Positions 44,786 through 54,530 of a stretch of 59,954 nucleotides of DNA are shown piece by piece. Below the pieces are notes generated by a model. The model saw only the letters and a list, made by a program, of their open reading frames with translations. It did not search any database and had not been told where the DNA came from. The stretch is taken from NCBI GenBank assembly GCA_947628155.1, contig CANQYQ010000001.1, forward strand, positions 1 to 59,954, written 5' to 3'. This DNA is from an uncultured Clostridia bacterium (GTDB lineage Bacteria > Bacillota > Clostridia > UBA1381). The first letter of the stretch is position 1; the number at the start of each line of letters is the position of its first letter. The translations under genes were made by a program, and so were the position numbers.

Positions 44786-47258
44786 TTTTTTAAAGCAATT
44801 ATTCATTCAAACCGCCGTGTCGTCGGCGAAAATGTCGGTGATCGTCATACTGCTTTTATGCCTGACAATTCCCGTGACGAAGCGCTACCGCGCGGGCTGG
44901 CGATATTATTCATGGCTTGCGGTAATGCTAGTGTTTATGATACCGTTTTCTATGCTCGGCATAAGCTTTAAGGCGGAGAATCGGGCGCTTACTCAGAACG
45001 CGGTAAAAACGGGCGAATGGATAAGAGCTCACACGCCGATGTACGAAGTGACGGAGGAAAATCCGTTCTATTGGGAAACCGATGACGGAGAGCCGGCGTC
45101 ACCGGCTTCGGAGCCGACGGCGACTTACCGCAGACAGATCGATATAACGCTGATTTTATCTATAGTATGGCTTATCGCGGCGGTGATATTTTTTGCGGAG
45201 CATATACGGCGGTATATCGTCTTTTTGTCGGCGGTGAAGCGGAGATCGGAGCCGGTTGAGGACGGGGAAATACTATCGGCGCTTTCTGAGGAAAAACGGC
45301 GCATGGGGATCAATGCGGAGATCCCCGCGCGTGTATCCCCTGTAATAAACACGCCGATGCTCACGGGGGTATTCAGGCCGCTGCTGCTTCTGCCGCAAAG
45401 CGGGTTTGATTTTGACGAGCTGTGTCTTATATTTTGCCATGAGCTGACGCATTATAAGCGGCGCGACATTTGGTACCAGTTCATAATTCTCATATTCCTG
45501 TCGCTTCATTGGTTTAATCCGTTTGCCTACGTTATGGCGAAGGCGGCGGAGCTGGACGGCGAAACGTCGTGCGATGAGGCGGTGCTTGACCACAGACCGT
45601 ATGAAACACGGGTGTTTTACGGTGAAATGCTTTTGAAATTTTTAAGGATAAGCAATCAGAAACGGTCATATATGACCACGACGTTTTTTGGAGGTAAAAA
45701 GGATATGAGTAAGAGATTAACATTAATTGCAAGCAAAACGGTAAGGAAAAAGGGTACGGCGGCAATGGCCGCGCTTCTGACCGTGACGATCGGAGCGTCG
45801 GTTACAGCCGCCGCGGCGCAGCCGTGGGATGAGGAAATGCTGAAATACTTTAACGATCCCACGCAGGAATTAATGGACATGGTTGACGAAAATGTGGCAC
45901 GTCCGCAGGCGAGAGCCGAGAACAACGGAACGGTCGTTGAAATTCGTCAGACGATAATTGACGAGCACCAGTTCGCGGTATTGTTTGACGTAACGGCGCC
46001 GGAGGGTACGGATCTGACGGGAGACACATATCCGGGCTTCCTCAGTATAACCTGTGATCCAATCGGCTCGGACAGCAAATACTGCGGCGGCGGCGGTCCG
46101 CGCGAAAGAATAAGCGTTGAGGGAAATAAAGCTGCGTATGTTTATACCGGATATTTAGTGGACACCGAATCGTCCCTGCCGGAAACAGCGGCGTCATATG
46201 AGATGCGGTTTTCCTTCAATAACATATACCGAAATATTCCGGGAGTGAAGGAGGAGGATAACGAGCCTATCGCGGAGTGTACCTTTGACTTCCCATGGGA
46301 GGTGCAATATACCGATATATCGGTCGATTACGCGCCGGAGGTACCCGTAACTCTGTCGGACGGAACACGATCGACGGTTAAGCAGATAGAAATATCGCCG
46401 CTGTCCGCGGTTGTATATTTAACAAATGCCGGACAGACTCTCAACCTCAGCACCGATATTGCGAAAGCGGCGCTTCATATGAAGGACGGTACCGACATTA
46501 TCCTTGGTTCCGAATCGGATGACAATGGGATGGGATTATTCAGACCGGAGAATCATTCCGTAATTCTGGACGGCGACGCGGACGCAAATCTGTTTATGCC
46601 CATACTGATGATCGGGCGGCTGTTTAACAGGATTATCGACGTTTCGGAATGCGAGAGCGTCACTATAGGCGGCACGACGATACGTCTTGATGAGATGAGT
46701 CCGGTAAACAGAGTAGATATAAACTACGATCCGATCATATCCGATTGGGCGAGGAACGATATAAAGGACGCGATTTCGAGGAATATTATCGGCCTTTATG
46801 ACGGTGAAGGTGATTTTACCCAAAATGTTACGCGCGTAAATTTCTGCTCGTACGCATACCGTGTGCTTGTGATAAACAAAAGCATGGAGGAGAAGGATTA
46901 TTTCAAGATATATGAAAATCCGTACGAGGACGCGCTCAGCAATGAGGCAATTGCCTTTTATCATGCGGGTATCATGACCGGCAAGGGCGAAAAGACCTTT
47001 GCGCCGGAGGATCATTTGACGCGTGAGGAAGCGGCGGCGATTATATACCGCATGATGGAGTATATGAAAAAACCGCTTGACAGTACGGCGGCTCCCGAAT
47101 ACGAGGACGCGGACGAAATTTCCGATTGGGCGAAAAACGCGGTGGCCGCGGTCAGCGCGGCGGGGATCATGTCCGGAGACGGCGTGAAGTTCGATCCAAA
47201 GGGAGAATATACAATTGAACAAGCTGTCGCGACGCTTTTGAGGTTAATAGAAAATTAA
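44778..47258 (+). CDS. BlaR1/M56-family membrane metalloprotease sensor with a large non-PBP extracellular region and C-terminal SLH-like repeats
   Basis: Start set at ATG 44778 (overlaps the blaI-like stop). N-terminal TM helices and the HExxH motif in FCHELTHYKRRD. An additional TM follows (AAMAALLTVTIGASVTAAAA), then about 350 aa of an unrecognised domain. The C-terminus has SDWARNDI.../SDWAKNAVAAVSAAGIMSGDG..FDP SLH-type repeats. Confidence 0.85.
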   Translation: MTDFLKQLFIQTAVSSAKMSVIVILLLCLTIPVTKRYRAGWRYYSWLAVMLVFMIPFSMLGISFKAENRALTQNAVKTGEWIRAHTPMYEVTEENPFYWETDDGEPASPASEPTATYRRQIDITLILSIVWLIAAVIFFAEHIRRYIVFLSAVKRRSEPVEDGEILSALSEEKRRMGINAEIPARVSPVINTPMLTGVFRPLLLLPQSGFDFDELCLIFCHELTHYKRRDIWYQFIILIFLSLHWFNPFAYVMAKAAELDGETSCDEAVLDHRPYETRVFYGEMLLKFLRISNQKRSYMTTTFFGGKKDMSKRLTLIASKTVRKKGTAAMAALLTVTIGASVTAAAAQPWDEEMLKYFNDPTQELMDMVDENVARPQARAENNGTVVEIRQTIIDEHQFAVLFDVTAPEGTDLTGDTYPGFLSITCDPIGSDSKYCGGGGPRERISVEGNKAAYVYTGYLVDTESSLPETAASYEMRFSFNNIYRNIPGVKEEDNEPIAECTFDFPWEVQYTDISVDYAPEVPVTLSDGTRSTVKQIEISPLSAVVYLTNAGQTLNLSTDIAKAALHMKDGTDIILGSESDDNGMGLFRPENHSVILDGDADANLFMPILMIGRLFNRIIDVSECESVTIGGTTIRLDEMSPVNRVDINYDPIISDWARNDIKDAISRNIIGLYDGEGDFTQNVTRVNFCSYAYRVLVINKSMEEKDYFKIYENPYEDALSNEAIAFYHAGIMTGKGEKTFAPEDHLTREEAAAIIYRMMEYMKKPLDSTAAPEYEDADEISDWAKNAVAAVSAAGIMSGDGVKFDPKGEYTIEQAVATLLRLIEN

Positions 47259-47532
47259 CCCGTGAAAAGTCTCCGTTTTCGAGGCTTTTTCGACAGGCTG
47301 TATACTCATCATAAGCGGCGCAAAGGAGCGGCACGGTCAAGGGCAAAATGAACAAGCCATCGCTTGTCCCTGACACGGCCGCTTCTTTGCGTTTTCCAAA
47401 ATCCGTTTTAAAACGCTTCCCGATGATTATGAGCGCGAACGCAAGCAGCGGCATAGCCGAAGCTATGCCGCTGCCGTAAAGTCAAAACATTACTGTTTTA
47501 CGGGAAGCGTCTTAAAAGCCGTTCCCTTTTGT

Positions 47533-48906
47533 CTATTCCTCCTCATCATCGGAGCTGCCGGCCGGTTCTGTGACAGACGTACCGTCGACCGATGTGCGGG
47601 TCGTACTGCCCGTGCGCTGTTCGTTAATAATCGAACCGTTGCCCGTAAGACCCGATGAACTATCAGATTCATCAGATTCGTCGGAATCCGATGAGCCTGA
47701 CGAACTCGATGAGCCTGACGAACCCGATGAGCTCGATGAGCCTGACGAACTCGATGAGCCTGACGAACCCGACGAGCTTGACGAACCCGATGAGCTTGAC
47801 GAATCTGACGAGCTGTCGTCATCATATGATGAATCAATATATGCCGATGAGCTGTAGTCCTCGCCGCTGCCATCAGAATCCTCGCTGTCGGTATAATCGG
47901 AGTATGTACCATCGCCCGTCATGGACGGGTCGGAGGATGGTGTGGGTTCAAGATACGGCATTTCATCAAGGCGCTTGAACACATAGCCCTCGGATATCAG
48001 GTATTCGATAATTGAGCTCAATCCCTCCGCTGTCGCTGTTTTGGCCGCGGCGTCATGCATAAGCACGACCGTGCTTGAATCGGTATCGAGATTGCTCTGG
48101 AGATATTCCAAAAGCTCCTGTGAGTTTTTCTTTCGGCCCTCCGCGTCGCCGTTCAGTGAGTTCCAGTCAATATAATAGAAGCCGTTGGCGGCAAGCGTGT
48201 TTTTGTATACCTGCTTCTCGGACGCGTGATCGCCCGCGTTGTAGCTGCCGCCCGGGAAACGAAACAGCTTCATATGGTGGTCGCCGTTTGTGATATTTGA
48301 TATTATCTCCTCTGTTTCCTGGACCTCGCTCATAAACGATTCCTCGGTCGCATATAATGTCTCATAGTTATGACCGTTGGAGTGATTTGCTATAAGATGT
48401 CCCTCCTCATATACTCGGCGCGCGAGATCGGGATAAGAATTAATGGACGTTCCGAGCATGAAAAACGTCGCCTTAATATTGTATCGGCGCAGTGTATCAA
48501 GGATAATCGGAGTGGTGTTCTCCGCCGGACCGTCGTCAAATGTCAGGTACGCGGTTTTTTCCGCGCCTTGTTCGTCCAGATCCATGATTATATCAAGAAG
48601 GTCATTTTCCTCTTCCGCCGGAGGCAGAAGCGTCGCCGCGCTCGGAACGGGAGTAGGAGCGAGAGGATCGATCGTCGGCTGAGCCGTAACTTCCGCCGTA
48701 TCCGTATCCGCGTTTACCGCTTCGCTGCCGTTTTTATTGCGGCACGAAACAAACGCCAGTATAATAAGCGCTATTACCGCTATAAAAATCACAAACAGCA
48801 ATAACGCGCGTATTCTTTTCTTACGCCGTCTCTCGCGGCGTCTGCGCTCCGCTCTGCGCGCTTCAAGACTTCTTGGTTTGTTTTGATTTGTCTGATTAGC
48901 AGCCAC
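47533..48906 (-). CDS. membrane-anchored polysaccharide deacetylase (CE4) with a Ser/Asp-rich C-terminal tail
   Basis: Basic N-terminus and one TM (ALLLFVIFIAVIALIILAFV). NodB domain (YLTFDDGP..., HSNGHNY, LMHD). The tail is SSSDSSSSSGSSSSSGSSGSSSSSG.... The start is ambiguous. GTG 48906 has a GGGGGA RBS, whereas the ORF-track TTG at 48930 has none. Confidence 0.82.
   Translation of the reverse strand: MAANQTNQNKPRSLEARRAERRRRERRRKKRIRALLLFVIFIAVIALIILAFVSCRNKNGSEAVNADTDTAEVTAQPTIDPLAPTPVPSAATLLPPAEEENDLLDIIMDLDEQGAEKTAYLTFDDGPAENTTPIILDTLRRYNIKATFFMLGTSINSYPDLARRVYEEGHLIANHSNGHNYETLYATEESFMSEVQETEEIISNITNGDHHMKLFRFPGGSYNAGDHASEKQVYKNTLAANGFYYIDWNSLNGDAEGRKKNSQELLEYLQSNLDTDSSTVVLMHDAAAKTATAEGLSSIIEYLISEGYVFKRLDEMPYLEPTPSSDPSMTGDGTYSDYTDSEDSDGSGEDYSSSAYIDSSYDDDSSSDSSSSSGSSSSSGSSGSSSSSGSSSSSGSSGSSSSSGSSDSDESDESDSSSGLTGNGSIINEQRTGSTTRTSVDGTSVTEPAGSSDDEEE
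47660..47815. repeat. imperfect 18-bp tandem repeats encoding the poly-Ser/Gly/Asp tail
   Basis: The plus strand reads GATGAGCCTGACGAACTC / GATGAGCCTGACGAACCC / GATGAGCTC / GATGAGCCTGACGAACTC / GATGAGCCTGACGAACCC / GACGAGCTTGACGAACCC / GATGAGCTTGACGAATCT.... Confidence 0.8.
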
Positions 48907-49051
48907 TGTAATTCCCCCATTTTTCAACAAATATCGTGTACATATTTTATTATATACTACTTTTTCAAAAAATTCAACATTAATTTATACATATTTGAAA
49001 ATATATTCCGCATATATATGAAATATAACAAAAAAACGGGAGGTTATAAAA

Positions 49052-49924
49052 ATGAAAAACATTATTGCCGCGGCGGCCGCGGCCGCGATGCTCGGATGCG
49101 CGGGCTGTGCCGTTTCCACATATGAGCCGGCCGCGTATCAATCGTACAGCGAGCTGTCGTCAGAGGCTGTAAACTGGGGATTTGTAAGGCGCAAGAACGC
49201 CGAACCGGAGGTGCTGCGCCGGGATGTCGATATGCTTGAGGCGTACGGCGGATACTATATAGACGAAACGCGCCCCAAGGCGCTCTATCTTACATTTGAC
49301 GAGGGTTATGAAAACGGATATACGGCAAAAATTCTCGATATATTGCAGGCGGCGAAGGTTCCAGCGGCGTTTTTCGTGACAGGGCCGTATCTGGAAAATC
49401 AGCCGGAGCTTATAGAGCGCATGATACGTGAGGGCCATATCGTCGGGAATCATACTATAAATCATATCAATATGCCGTCCGCGTCGGCCGAGGACATAAA
49501 ATCCGAGCTTGACGGACTTAACAAGATGTGTATGGAGAAATACGGCTGTGAAATGAAATATGTGCGCCCGCCGGAGGGGAGCTTTTCGGAAAAATCGCTT
49601 GCCGTATCGCGTGATATGGGTTATAAAACGATATTATGGAGCTTTGCTTACAAGGACTGGGATGTCAATACGCAGCAGGGCGCGCAATACGCGTTTGATA
49701 ACGTTGTTCCGTATCTCCATGACGGCGCGATATTGCTTCTCCACGCCGTATCCTCCGACAACGCCGCCGCGCTTGAGGATATTATAAATTACGCTAAGGA
49801 GCAGGGTTACGAATTTCGTTCCCTTAATGAGCTTGGGGAAACGGGGGCGAGCGCCGCGCCGGAAAACGGTTTGATGACGGCGTATTCGCGGCGGACGCAA
49901 TATTTTTGCAAAAAATCTTCATAA
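49052..49924 (+). CDS. pdaA: delta-lactam-biosynthetic de-N-acetylase (PdaA-like CE4 sporulation deacetylase), lipoprotein
   Basis: Lipobox MLGCAGC. ...VNWGFVRRKN...LYLTFDEGYENGYT...FFVTGPY...GHIVGNHT.NH...VRPPEG.FSE..L...R.MGY.T..WS.AY.DW......GA.YA.......H.GAILLLHAVS..NA.AL is closely PdaA-like by eye. Confidence 0.82.
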   Translation: MKNIIAAAAAAAMLGCAGCAVSTYEPAAYQSYSELSSEAVNWGFVRRKNAEPEVLRRDVDMLEAYGGYYIDETRPKALYLTFDEGYENGYTAKILDILQAAKVPAAFFVTGPYLENQPELIERMIREGHIVGNHTINHINMPSASAEDIKSELDGLNKMCMEKYGCEMKYVRPPEGSFSEKSLAVSRDMGYKTILWSFAYKDWDVNTQQGAQYAFDNVVPYLHDGAILLLHAVSSDNAAALEDIINYAKEQGYEFRSLNELGETGASAAPENGLMTAYSRRTQYFCKKSS

Positions 49925-50005
49925 CCACTTTATTTTTCCGGCAAACGGGTGTATAATGAAAACAACAGGATAAATTCAGGTAATCCACAAGAAGGAGATA
50001 AGATT

Positions 50006-52813
50006 ATGGATATCAGCTTTGATTTCGGAAGCAAGCCCCCCGCAGACGGGTACATAAAAATCACGGGACGCACGATCTATAATGAGGAGCGCGGCTACGG
50101 CATATTGCGCCGCGCGCAGGCAATGCTCAGGACGAGCGGCGAAAACCCCATTATGCGTGATTTTCTGATAATGGATCAGAACGCGTTTAAGGTAAAAATC
50201 CCTAACGGGATGTACAAGATCCGTATCGCGCTGGGTGATTATGAGGATGAGGGCGACGTTACTACGGTGTTCAAGATAAACGGCGAGGAGCAGCACTCAT
50301 GGGTGCACGACAGCACGGTTATCGAGCGTTTTCACGAGGTCGAGGTAACGAACGGCGAGATTTTGTTTGAGTTTTCCGGCAAGCATCCGGCGCTTAACGC
50401 GATCGATATCGCCCAGAAGCGATGGCTTAAAATGACGCCGGTCGAGTGGAGCGCATGCGCGAAGCCGGAATGCCCGTCCATTACGCTTACATGGCCTCCG
50501 GTCGAAGGTTCGCACGGTTATCAGATTACGCGCCGCAATATGCGCAATAATGAGCATGATATAGTAAGGAATGTATACACCGAAAGCTATACGGATACAA
50601 ACGTGCATTTGTGCAAGAGGTATGAATACAATGTGTATCCGCTCTATTCCAACAAGTTCCGCGGCTCAAACCACTGCACGGTTATGGCCGAGGTCGTTGA
50701 CGGCGGCGAGGTAAAGGGCGAAATTACGAACCTTGAGGCGGTGACCCGCCTTAAATCGGTCACACTTTTATGGGACAGCACATATGACGCGGCGTTTTAC
50801 AATATTTATCAGAAAGCGCCCTACGGCAAGGAAAAGCTTATCGGCACTACGCGCGAATGCCGCTTTATTGACGCGGATGTTGATACCGTCGTTCCGTTTA
50901 CATACGCGGTGGAGGCGTGCACTCCGCACGGATATTCGCCGAAATATGAGGTCGAAAGCTACGTGTTCGACAAGCCGATGAAAAGGAAGATGGAAACTCT
51001 GAGCCGCGCTCTTATCGCGGTGCCGACGAAGGACGGCGTATTTTTAAGCTGGCGCCTGCAGGCGTATGAATATAAGCTCGGCATGAGCTTTGTGCTGTTC
51101 AGAAACGGTAAAAAAATCACCGGCGTGATCGGCGGCGCGACAAACTATCTCGATAAGGACGGCAAGCGGGGCGATACATATACCGTAAAGGCCGTATTAA
51201 ACGGCAAAATGGAAAAAGAAGGATACAGCGCCAAGGTATGGGAGCATGAGTATCTGTCGATACCGCTTGACAAGCCGGCCGATTTCATATCGCCGCGCGG
51301 ACGCGTGCATGAATACACGGCCAACGACGCATCGATCGCGGATCTGGACGGCGACGGCGAATACGAAATTGTGCTGCGCTGGGACGCGAACGGCAAGGAT
51401 AATTCGCATAAGGGCTTCAGCGGAAACTGTATTCTTGACGCGTATAAGCTCGACGGCACGAAGCTTTGGCGAATCGATTTGGGCAGAAATATCCGCGCCG
51501 GTCAGCATTATACGCAGTTCATGGTTTACGACTTCAACAACGACGGCAAGGCGGAATTAATATGCAAAACCGCCGACGGCACGGTTGACGGCGTGGGCAA
51601 CGTTATAGGCACGGCGTCCGCCGATTACCGCAACAGCGATGGGTTTATTCTCGAGGGCCGCGAATTTTTGACGATGTTCCGCGGCGATACCGGAGAGATC
51701 ATGGATACGGTCGAATACGACCCGCCGCGCGGCAATGTCGCGGATTGGGGCGACAGCTGGGGCAATCGCTGCGACCGCTACCTTGCGTGCGTTGCGTATC
51801 TTGACGGCGTTAACCCGAGCGTTGTTATGTGCCGCGGCTATTACGACCACGGCAGACCGACATATCTTGTGGCGTGGGATATTATCGACAACAAGCTTGT
51901 AAAACGCTGGAAATTCGTCGCGGATCATACGCATAATATCGAATATACATTCCAGGGCAACCATAATCTCGGCGTGGGAGACGTTGACGGCGACGGCAAG
52001 GATGAGATAATTTACGGCTCTATGGCGGTCGATCACGACGGTACGGGTATGTACACGACCGGGCTTATGCACGGCGACTGTATTAACGTAGGCAAATTCC
52101 GCCCCGACGGCGATGGCCTTGACTGCTTCCAGATACATGAGGAAATGGAGGCGGAATACGGCTTTGAGGTCCACGACCCGGCTACGGGCGAGATCAAATG
52201 GGGAAGGTTCACCGGACGCGATACCACGCGCGGCCTGTGCGCGAAAATCGATCCGCGCTATCCGGGCAACCAGTGCTGGGTAATGGACGACGGCATATAT
52301 ACCATGGATGGCGAATTGATTAACGAAAAAGGCCCGGAGTCGATAAACTTCGCGATATGGTGGGACGGCGACCTTATCCGCGAGCTGCTCGACCATGAAT
52401 TTGATGACACGATCCGCTGCGGACGGCCTAAAATATACAAGTGGGATTATGAGAACAACAAGCTCAAAACGATACTCGACCCCGTCGGGACATTGTCCAA
52501 TAACTGGAAGAAGGGTACGCCCTGTATTCAGGCGGATATATTCGGCGATTGGCGCGAACAGGCGGTATGGAGAAATTACGATGATACAGAGCTTCGTATT
52601 TATACCTCGACAGATATAACCGAGCATAGGTTCTATACGCTTATGCATGACCCCGTGTACCGCTTGTCGGTTGCGTGGCAGAATACGGCGTATAACCAGT
52701 GCACACAGACGGGCTTCTATATCGGACCGGATATGAAGGAAATCCCCGTGCCGGATAATGATTATGTGCGCGGCGAAATTCTCCCCGAATTTACGGAAGA
52801 AATCGACGAATAA
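50006..52813 (+). CDS. rhamnogalacturonan lyase (PL11, YesW/YesX-like beta-propeller) with an N-terminal CBM-like module and two FN3-like modules
   Basis: Start set at ATG 50006 (RBS GAAGGAG). The core has ANDASIADLDGDGEYEIVLRWD, YKLDGTKLWRIDLGRNIRAGQHYTQFMVYDFNNDGKAE and GDVDGDGKDEIIYGS, which are FG-GAP/YesW hallmarks. No signal peptide is seen. Confidence 0.85.
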   Translation: MDISFDFGSKPPADGYIKITGRTIYNEERGYGILRRAQAMLRTSGENPIMRDFLIMDQNAFKVKIPNGMYKIRIALGDYEDEGDVTTVFKINGEEQHSWVHDSTVIERFHEVEVTNGEILFEFSGKHPALNAIDIAQKRWLKMTPVEWSACAKPECPSITLTWPPVEGSHGYQITRRNMRNNEHDIVRNVYTESYTDTNVHLCKRYEYNVYPLYSNKFRGSNHCTVMAEVVDGGEVKGEITNLEAVTRLKSVTLLWDSTYDAAFYNIYQKAPYGKEKLIGTTRECRFIDADVDTVVPFTYAVEACTPHGYSPKYEVESYVFDKPMKRKMETLSRALIAVPTKDGVFLSWRLQAYEYKLGMSFVLFRNGKKITGVIGGATNYLDKDGKRGDTYTVKAVLNGKMEKEGYSAKVWEHEYLSIPLDKPADFISPRGRVHEYTANDASIADLDGDGEYEIVLRWDANGKDNSHKGFSGNCILDAYKLDGTKLWRIDLGRNIRAGQHYTQFMVYDFNNDGKAELICKTADGTVDGVGNVIGTASADYRNSDGFILEGREFLTMFRGDTGEIMDTVEYDPPRGNVADWGDSWGNRCDRYLACVAYLDGVNPSVVMCRGYYDHGRPTYLVAWDIIDNKLVKRWKFVADHTHNIEYTFQGNHNLGVGDVDGDGKDEIIYGSMAVDHDGTGMYTTGLMHGDCINVGKFRPDGDGLDCFQIHEEMEAEYGFEVHDPATGEIKWGRFTGRDTTRGLCAKIDPRYPGNQCWVMDDGIYTMDGELINEKGPESINFAIWWDGDLIRELLDHEFDDTIRCGRPKIYKWDYENNKLKTILDPVGTLSNNWKKGTPCIQADIFGDWREQAVWRNYDDTELRIYTSTDITEHRFYTLMHDPVYRLSVAWQNTAYNQCTQTGFYIGPDMKEIPVPDNDYVRGEILPEFTEEIDE

Positions 52814-52904
52814 TTACAAATTTGTGCAAAATATATCATTTATATTACAAATTGGTTACATCTTTGTGTAATATATAAAAAATAAAAAATTTTACAAAAT
52901 TTTG

Positions 52905-52933
52905 TTGACCTTTTTGAAAAATTAGGATAAAAT
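52905..52933 (+). promoter_or_regulatory. putative sigma-A promoter of rsmD-coaD
   Basis: TTGACC (52905-52910), 17 nt, TAAAAT (52928-52933), in an AT-rich spacer. Confidence 0.45.
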
Positions 52934-52960
52934 ATATAAGTATAATGCGGAGGATAATAT

Positions 52961-53503
52961 ATGAGGATAATAGCCGGCGAACGGCGCGGGCGCAAGCTCG
53001 CGGAATTTGCGGGGGACGATGTTCGTCCCACTACCGACAGGGTGAAGGAATCGGTATTTAACATTATCCGGATGTTTATCCCATCCGCCTCTGTGCTTGA
53101 TTTATTTGCCGGAAGCGGCGCGCTGAGCTTTGAAGCGCTCTCGCGCGGCGCAAAAAGCGCGTGCTGTGTAGACATTGACCCGCGCTCGGCCGGCATAGTA
53201 AAGAAAAACGCGGAGCTTACGGGATATACCGACAGGTGTGATGTGCAAATCTGCTCGTGCTTCGATTTTCTTGAGAAAACGGACAAGCGGTTTGATATAA
53301 TTTTCCTCGACCCGCCGTACAACAAAGGGTATATTGAGCCGGTGCTCGGGAAGATCCGTGAAAAAAACGTCTTAAATGACGGCGGGGTTGTTGTTTTGGA
53401 GAGCGACGGAACGGATTTTCACGGCGGGGCGGACGGATTTTCGATATACCGTCAGCGCAGATACGGCCGCACGTATATCACCGTGTACATTCAGGAAGGA
53501 TAA
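52961..53503 (+). CDS. rsmD: 16S rRNA (guanine966-N2)-methyltransferase
   Basis: [13 protein letters not shown].....[16 protein letters not shown]...[20 protein letters not shown]...FLDPPY is the canonical RsmD pattern. Confidence 0.9.
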   Translation: MRIIAGERRGRKLAEFAGDDVRPTTDRVKESVFNIIRMFIPSASVLDLFAGSGALSFEALSRGAKSACCVDIDPRSAGIVKKNAELTGYTDRCDVQICSCFDFLEKTDKRFDIIFLDPPYNKGYIEPVLGKIREKNVLNDGGVVVLESDGTDFHGGADGFSIYRQRRYGRTYITVYIQEG

Positions 53504-53510
53504 TCAACAA

Positions 53511-53990
53511 ATGAAGGTTGCGGTTTATCCGGGCAGCTTTGACCCGGTAACTAACGGTCATCTTGATATAATAGAGCGTTCGAGCAAGGTATGCGATAAA
53601 GTAGTTGTGGGCGTGCTGAACAATTCAAACAAAACCCCGCTGTTTGACGCTTCGGAACGAGTGGACATGCTTAAGGATGTAACAAGTCATCTCCCAAACG
53701 TCGAGGTGGACAGCTTTTCGGGACTGCTGGTTGATTTCGCGGCGTCTCACGGCGCGAAGGTTATAGTAAAAGGGTTGCGGACGGTCGCGGATTTTGAATA
53801 CGAATTTCAGATGGCGCTGCTTAATAAGACGCTTAATCAGGAAATCGAAACGATGTTCATGATGACAAATTCGAAATATTCCTATATAAGCTCCAGTATG
53901 GTCAAGGAGCTTGCGGGTTTTAACGGAGACTTGACGGGACTTGTTCCCGCGCAAATAATAAATAAAATAAAGGAAAAATATACCGGTTGA
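53511..53990 (+). CDS. coaD: phosphopantetheine adenylyltransferase
   Basis: Start set at ATG 53511. [24 protein letters not shown] is the canonical CoaD N-terminus. 159 aa. Confidence 0.95.
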   Translation: MKVAVYPGSFDPVTNGHLDIIERSSKVCDKVVVGVLNNSNKTPLFDASERVDMLKDVTSHLPNVEVDSFSGLLVDFAASHGAKVIVKGLRTVADFEYEFQMALLNKTLNQEIETMFMMTNSKYSYISSSMVKELAGFNGDLTGLVPAQIINKIKEKYTG

Positions 53991-54006
53991 AAGGGTGGTT
54001 TAAGTA

Positions 54007-54462
54007 ATGGATATGGAAATGGATATCATGGAAATTATCGACATGATGGAGGAGACGATTGATAAAGCGTCCTCTGTTCCGCTTACCGGCAAGGTAATGC
54101 TTGACAAGGAGGAGCTTCTTGACTACATTCAGGAGATACGTCTTCTGTACCCGGATGAGCTTAAGGAAGCAAAATGGGTAAAGGAAGAGCGGCAGAGGAT
54201 CTTATCCGAGGCCGAGAGCAGAGCCGAGGCGATAAGAAAGAGCGCCGAGGAAACCCAGATGCAGCTTATTGACGAGCATGAGATTACAAAATGCGCGTAC
54301 GATAAGGCGAATGAGCTTGTTAATAACGCCACATCGAAAGCTATGGACATCAAGACCGATACCGACCAGTATGTTGACGATATATTAAATGACGTTGAGC
54401 ACCGCCTTGACCTTCTCATCCGCAAGGTTCGCGAGGACAGAGGGTATTTTAATAACAACTGA
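54007..54462 (+). CDS. hypothetical coiled-coil protein (ATP-synthase-b/H-like heptad-rich)
   Basis: 151 aa, acidic and Met-rich at the N-terminus, with a long predicted coiled coil (EERQRILSEAESRAEAIRKSAEETQ...). No catalytic motif. The exact start among several Met codons is uncertain. Confidence 0.55.
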   Translation: MDMEMDIMEIIDMMEETIDKASSVPLTGKVMLDKEELLDYIQEIRLLYPDELKEAKWVKEERQRILSEAESRAEAIRKSAEETQMQLIDEHEITKCAYDKANELVNNATSKAMDIKTDTDQYVDDILNDVEHRLDLLIRKVREDRGYFNNN

Positions 54463-54479
54463 TTTAATACGACAATGCG

Positions 54480-54509
54480 CAGAGCCGGATTTTTGTTCGG
54501 CTCTGTTTG
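54480..54509 (+). terminator. rho-independent terminator upstream of fhs
   Basis: CAGAGCCG-gatttttgtt-CGGCTCTG followed by TTTG. Confidence 0.75.
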
Positions 54510-54530
54510 AGTTTAAAGGAGGAATTTAAA

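Noticed and set aside
47167-47454. 95-aa minus-strand ORF in the blaR1-like/deacetylase intergenic region.
   Set aside because: It has no RBS. Its 3' third overlaps the end of the blaR1-like gene. Its composition is unremarkable, and the region is better explained by terminator-type hairpins at 47267-47297 and 47445-47474.
47445-47474. A 13-bp perfect hairpin, GCAGCGGCATAGC-cgaa-GCTATGCCGCTGC, shares the stem core CGGCATAG/CTATGCCG with the terminator at 58479-58499. This could be a second small repeat family.
   Set aside because: There are only two copies, with different loops and flanks (one has A/T runs, the other does not). That is too little evidence to call a family without a genome-wide search.
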